Source: an uncultured bacterium (GTDB lineage: Bacteria; Bacillota; Clostridia; Lachnospirales; Lachnospiraceae). Taken from it: a DNA stretch of 64,000 bases. The stretch spans positions 2,270 through 66,269 of the forward strand of contig CANCXX010000014.1 of NCBI GenBank assembly GCA_947381965.1. Direction: 5' to 3'. Both the position numbers and the translations under genes were made by a program. The notes under the pieces were generated by a model. That model was not told the origin of the DNA. It did not search any database and saw only the letters and a list, made by a program, of their open reading frames with translations. Below are positions 59,628 through 64,000 of this stretch, in pieces. Position 1 is the first letter of the stretch. Each line of letters starts with the position of its first letter.

Positions 59628-59696
59628 AATGAACATGTTCATTCATATTATATGCAGAGTGCGCCGGTTTGTCAATCTTTTTTTTGAACGTGTTCA
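59628..59696 (-). promoter_or_regulatory. Consensus sigma-A promoter flanked by two TetR operators
   Basis: Minus strand TTGACA(59675-59670)-N17-TATAAT(59652-59647). Palindromes AATGAACATGTTCATT at 59628 and TGAACGTGTTCA at 59685. Confidence 0.8.
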
Positions 59697-60301
59697 TAAA
59701 TAATGAATTGTAAGTGCAAATATTATGCAAAGTGGGTCTTACAGATGGACTCCCCCTTCCATACTTTTATTATAGATTATTTTATGGGGACGACTTAATT
59801 TTACACTCTTTACTTTATCCACTATAAGAATTGCTACATGCTTTTAGCTGAAAGAGAACCGGAAACCTATAAGGATACCGTGACAGAGCCAAAGGAAATT
59901 ATGCCAGTTAGGTATATGCCTTGCGCTTCCTTACCCGGAAATTTTATTAGAAAAAGATAAAATTGTCCGTTTCAAGGCATAGATATTTGATATAAAATGA
60001 ATCATAAAGAATCCTTTCTTTTTAAAGTCTTTAGTTGGACGGCGATGGGGTGGCATTGTTGACGAACGGAAACGCAAGTTAATTTCAGAGCATTGAAAAC
60101 CCAATATTAATATGTTAAAATTTTTAGGGTTTATTTATTCTTAATAAATACCCCTGAATAAAGCAATACAAAGCCAGCAAAAATATGTCTTCCGGGAAAA
60201 GATCTGTGCAGTCATAAAGCTATTTTTCCTGCTTGACAGGACAAGGAACTTATGCCGGAAGAAATAACATTTTAATTAAAATATTAGGGAGGCCTATTTT
60301 T

Positions 60302-62347
60302 ATGAAGAAATTTTTAAGAAACCGTAAACTTGCCTCAAGAATCAGTATTCTTACGACAGTAATTACCTTATCTGGCATGCTGCTGCTCTGGACAGTTATT
60401 GCATTTAACACGGAATCCATGGTTAAAGACAATATTACCACCCAGATGGCTAACGCAGTGGAATCAAGAGCTGTAATTATTGATGATTATGTGTCGTCTG
60501 CTGAAGAATTTCTAACCGCATTTGCCCTTAGCGGTGAGGTGCGACAGCTCCTTGCCACTCCGGAAAATCCTGATTTACTCCAAAAAGCCCAGCAATATAC
60601 TATAGATTTTTCTAATGTAAAAGGAATCTTTGAAGGATTGTACATTGCAGACCCGGATACATATGTTCTTACCCATACTGCCCCGGAAGCAGTGGGAATA
60701 ACCACACGAGAGGGAGAATCTCTGAAAACATTCCGCAATACCATTTTGGCCCAGCGGGAGCTTACAAATCTTGGAATCATGGAATCGCCCGGAACAGGGA
60801 ACATGGTTATCTCTATGTACTGTCCGGTTTTTGAGGGCCAGACATGTATAGGGTATGTGGGAGCCGGAGTTTATGCCGACAGATTAATGGACGCCCTCTT
60901 AGACTTAGAATTAAAGAGTCTTCCGGACAGCTCCTACGTGTTTATCAATGCCGAAACAGGCGTGTATCTATACCATGAAGATGACTCTCTGCTGAACACG
61001 GAAGTAAAAGATAAAGGCCATCTGGAAATTATAAACCGGGTTCATAAAGAGGGGGATACCGGAGCCTCCACATATACTTACCGGGACGATAATGGGATGC
61101 AGCAGCTTGTGGTTTACAAGTATCTGGAGAACCGCGGCTGGATATTTATGATTCAGGATAACTACTCTGAGGTGTATAGTTCCGTATCCATTGTACGTAT
61201 TTTGATGGGTGCTGCCTGCGCAGTTGTAGCTGCTTTTATTATACTGGCTACACTGGCTATTTTAAGCAGAACTGGAAAAGAACTGATGATAGTTGAAAAT
61301 GCAATTTCAAACTTAAGTGAATTTAACCTTTCCGCCGATAAAGGACTGGAGCCCTTCTATGAGAGAAATGATGAAGTTGGCATGATAGCCAAAGCCACAC
61401 ACAATGTCTGCGGCCATCTGAAAACTGCAATAGAAGATATCGAACGAATCTTAAGCGAGATTGCAGACGGTAATCTGACCGTTGATGTCAGGAAAAACGA
61501 AGTATATTATATTGGCGGTTTGAAAATGCTGACAGGCAGCCTGCAGACCATAAGCTCCAAGCTCACAAAAGTAATAAAAGAAATCTCTCTTGTTTCCGCC
61601 CATGTAAATGATGAAGCCAGACAGGTGCTAAACAGAGCTGACTCTTTATCACAGGGCGCATCGGAACAGGCATTATCTGTAAAGGCGCTTGACGCCGCCG
61701 TCAACAATATTAAACAGCAGTCAGACGCCACTGCAAAATTTGCAGGCATGGCCAGAGAAGAAAATATTCTGACACATCAAAAGATTGAAACATGCAGTAC
61801 GGATATGCTTGATCTGGTAAGCGCCATGGAAACCATCAATGATAAATCCAAAGAAATTACTCACATAGTAAAAACAATTGAAGATATTGCTTCACAGACA
61901 AATATTTTATCTTTAAATGCCGCTATAGAAGCGGCCCGTGCAGGTGAAGCCGGTAAAGGATTTGCAGTCGTTGCAGAGGAAGTCAGAATGCTTGCCGGTC
62001 AGTCAGCAGAGGCTGCCCAAAACACCACATTATTAATCCGGGAAACGATAGCTGCTGTGGAAACAGGAAACCGTATTTCAGAAATAACCAACCAGGCTTT
62101 GCAGGAGGTAGCGGCAAGCGCCCAAAACGTATCTGACGCCGTAACATCTATTTTTGAAGCGACTGATGGACAGACCTGCGCAATAAACCAAATTGCCCAG
62201 GAGCTTCAATGTATTTCAAATGTAGTGCAAAGCAATAGTAATGCTGTCAAAGATTCTGCAGCAGCCAGTGAAAAAATGTCTGAACAGGCTGCTATGCTAA
62301 AAAACCAGGTGTCGAAATTCCGACTTGTAAACGGAAACAAAATTTAA
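60302..62347 (+). CDS. Methyl-accepting chemotaxis protein with a dCache-type sensor
   Basis: Two TMs around a ~290-aa sensor, HAMP (RNDEVG) and [30 protein letters not shown]. Confidence 0.95.
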   Translation: MKKFLRNRKLASRISILTTVITLSGMLLLWTVIAFNTESMVKDNITTQMANAVESRAVIIDDYVSSAEEFLTAFALSGEVRQLLATPENPDLLQKAQQYTIDFSNVKGIFEGLYIADPDTYVLTHTAPEAVGITTREGESLKTFRNTILAQRELTNLGIMESPGTGNMVISMYCPVFEGQTCIGYVGAGVYADRLMDALLDLELKSLPDSSYVFINAETGVYLYHEDDSLLNTEVKDKGHLEIINRVHKEGDTGASTYTYRDDNGMQQLVVYKYLENRGWIFMIQDNYSEVYSSVSIVRILMGAACAVVAAFIILATLAILSRTGKELMIVENAISNLSEFNLSADKGLEPFYERNDEVGMIAKATHNVCGHLKTAIEDIERILSEIADGNLTVDVRKNEVYYIGGLKMLTGSLQTISSKLTKVIKEISLVSAHVNDEARQVLNRADSLSQGASEQALSVKALDAAVNNIKQQSDATAKFAGMAREENILTHQKIETCSTDMLDLVSAMETINDKSKEITHIVKTIEDIASQTNILSLNAAIEAARAGEAGKGFAVVAEEVRMLAGQSAEAAQNTTLLIRETIAAVETGNRISEITNQALQEVAASAQNVSDAVTSIFEATDGQTCAINQIAQELQCISNVVQSNSNAVKDSAAASEKMSEQAAMLKNQVSKFRLVNGNKI

Positions 62348-62369
62348 GAAATCCGAAGGGAGGAATCTT

Positions 62370-63089
62370 ATGCTGCACATAGCGGTCTGCGACGACGACC
62401 AAGCTGCCGTCCAATCCCATAAAAAAATAGTGGAGCTTTGTCTTTCGCAATGTGGAAGTATCGGTGAAATAAAGAGCTATACTGCCAGCGATAATCTGCT
62501 TTATGATATCACTGACGATAAGTTTTTCTTTGACCTGATTTTACTGGATATAGAAATGCCTGGAAATACCGGAATGGAAATTGCGGAAAAAATAAAGCCC
62601 TGTCTGCCGAATGTAAAAATTATTTTTATAACTTCACATATTGAATATGCCATAGACGCTTTTGAGTTGTCTATTTTCCGGTATGTGCCAAAAAGCGATA
62701 TAGACAGGCGGCTCCCTGCTGCCATACAGGACGCCGTTAAACTGATTGAACTGGAAGCTGGAAAGACTTATACCATCCAAACTAACAGCCGTTTTGAAAA
62801 AATTCCTTACCGGGAAATTTACTATATTGAACGTGACGGGAAAAATGCCTGCATCACCGCTGCCACCGGAACGTCCAGAGTACGGAAAAGCCTGCAGCAG
62901 GTTTATGAAGAACTGGACGCTGAAGAATTTATTTATATCGACCGTGGCTGTATTGTAAACATGATACACATCATGCAGATTAAAGATGGTATGGCGGCGC
63001 TAAAAAACGGCGCTGCCCTTCCCATTAGCCGCTCTCACCTGCAGGAAGTCAAAGAACGGATTAACAATTATTGGGGGGCGCATATATGA
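62370..63089 (+). CDS. LytTR-family response regulator
   Basis: IAVCDDD, LLDIEMP, FIYIDRGCIVN and LPISR. Confidence 0.95.
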   Translation: MLHIAVCDDDQAAVQSHKKIVELCLSQCGSIGEIKSYTASDNLLYDITDDKFFFDLILLDIEMPGNTGMEIAEKIKPCLPNVKIIFITSHIEYAIDAFELSIFRYVPKSDIDRRLPAAIQDAVKLIELEAGKTYTIQTNSRFEKIPYREIYYIERDGKNACITAATGTSRVRKSLQQVYEELDAEEFIYIDRGCIVNMIHIMQIKDGMAALKNGAALPISRSHLQEVKERINNYWGAHI

Positions 63090-64000
63090 GCGGGCTATTT
63101 ATCCTGTTTTCCAATGCCGCAACAGGATGTGTGAGAACCCTCCTCTTCCTGTTTCTTGTTTTCCGGCTGCTGCCATCTGAAAAGCCAATGGGGAAAAAGC
63201 CGGTGATAATGATATTATCCGGTATCATTGTCATTTCTGGACTATTGACTATAACCGGGCCGTCAGATTTTTACCGGGTCCTGTCAGAAACCATTTATCT
63301 TGTGGTATGTGCCAGCCGCCTGCAGGGTTCTGAAACCAGAATAAGCCTGTTTCTGGGTATTTTTTATGAGATTGCCCTATCCTTCTGGCAGTTTCTTACT
63401 GCGGCATGGTTGGGCGTTTTTTTTCATTCCCCGGCATTCCTTGATTATGGTACCATAAACGGCCAGTCTGCCGTCTGTCTGTTCCATGTATTGTTGGCCG
63501 CCGCCATACTTTACTTTTGGAGACATTCTGATTTGACAGTAAAAAAGACCTACCGCCCTGCCCTTGTGATTGTTCTTACCGGCTTTTTTGCAGTTGTTAC
63601 CTTATCGCAGCAATCCTCTGTGACTATTGCGGATGATACTCTGGGTATGTGGACGATTTTAGCGGTTGTTCTGATGATGTCCCTTCTGGTCTTCAATATA
63701 AACCGGCAATATGAAATTGAAAAGGAACTTGCTGATTTAAAATCAGCCCAGGCAGAACTGCTGGAACACGATTATACTACTTTAAATCATGTTTATTCAG
63801 TTAACGCAAAACTGTTCCATGACTTTCATAATCATATGGGTGCACTGCGTCAGCTCCTATCCCATAAAAAACTGGAGGAAGCCATACAATATCTGGACGA
63901 GCTCCAATCTCCCCTGGGGGATATTTCCGATACCCTGTGGACAGGCCATGAGACAATAGATTATCTCATTAACAGTAAGGCGCAAACTGCTGCCTCAAAC
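63086..64000 (+). CDS. AgrC/VirS-like GHKL sensor kinase, truncated by the window edge
   Basis: ATGA overlap with the LytTR gene, hydrophobic N-terminus and H-box KLFHDFHNHM near 63810-63838. Confidence 0.85.
   Translation, partial: MSGLFILFSNAATGCVRTLLFLFLVFRLLPSEKPMGKKPVIMILSGIIVISGLLTITGPSDFYRVLSETIYLVVCASRLQGSETRISLFLGIFYEIALSFWQFLTAAWLGVFFHSPAFLDYGTINGQSAVCLFHVLLAAAILYFWRHSDLTVKKTYRPALVIVLTGFFAVVTLSQQSSVTIADDTLGMWTILAVVLMMSLLVFNINRQYEIEKELADLKSAQAELLEHDYTTLNHVYSVNAKLFHDFHNHMGALRQLLSHKKLEEAIQYLDELQSPLGDISDTLWTGHETIDYLINSKAQTAASN

Noticed and set aside
59628-59643. LexA box upstream of tetR
   Set aside because: Spacing is GAAC-N2-GTTC rather than N4. Two copies flank the tetR promoter, so a TetR operator is more likely.
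59730-60301. c-di-GMP riboswitch in the long leader of the second MCP
   Set aside because: I could not find the class I or class II consensus elements.

Overview
AT-rich Firmicute chromosomal DNA, most likely a motile, butyrate-producing Lachnospiraceae (inferred from thl-crt-hbd-bcd-etfBA, gatCAB, gltBD, two MCPs and long-form hpf). Most of the window is housekeeping and envelope-stress regulation: a BceRS-BceAB-like module, a MATE pump, a second two-component/ABC set, BlaI-M56 and a LexA-boxed umuC-yolD pair. The standout is an 11.2-kb, nine-gene, tightly coupled minus-strand operon (16666->5429) that reads as a type VI-like contractile injection system in a Gram-positive organism. Its order is PAAR-like (DUF4280)-AHH nuclease effector, Imm11-like immunity protein, 742-aa sheath-like protein, Hcp/TssD-like tube, VgrG-like spike, two putative wedge proteins, a divergent Hsp70/actin-fold ATPase and a TssK-like protein. 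I found no membrane complex, ClpV, gp25, tape-measure or lysis gene. Non-coding highlights are a ~104-bp structured repeat family that abuts Shine-Dalgarno sites at three loci, a DnaA-box cluster with no dnaA nearby, a probable ANTAR attenuator before gltB and a 62-bp MITE-like inverted-repeat element. All family calls come from motif recognition by eye; no database search was run.
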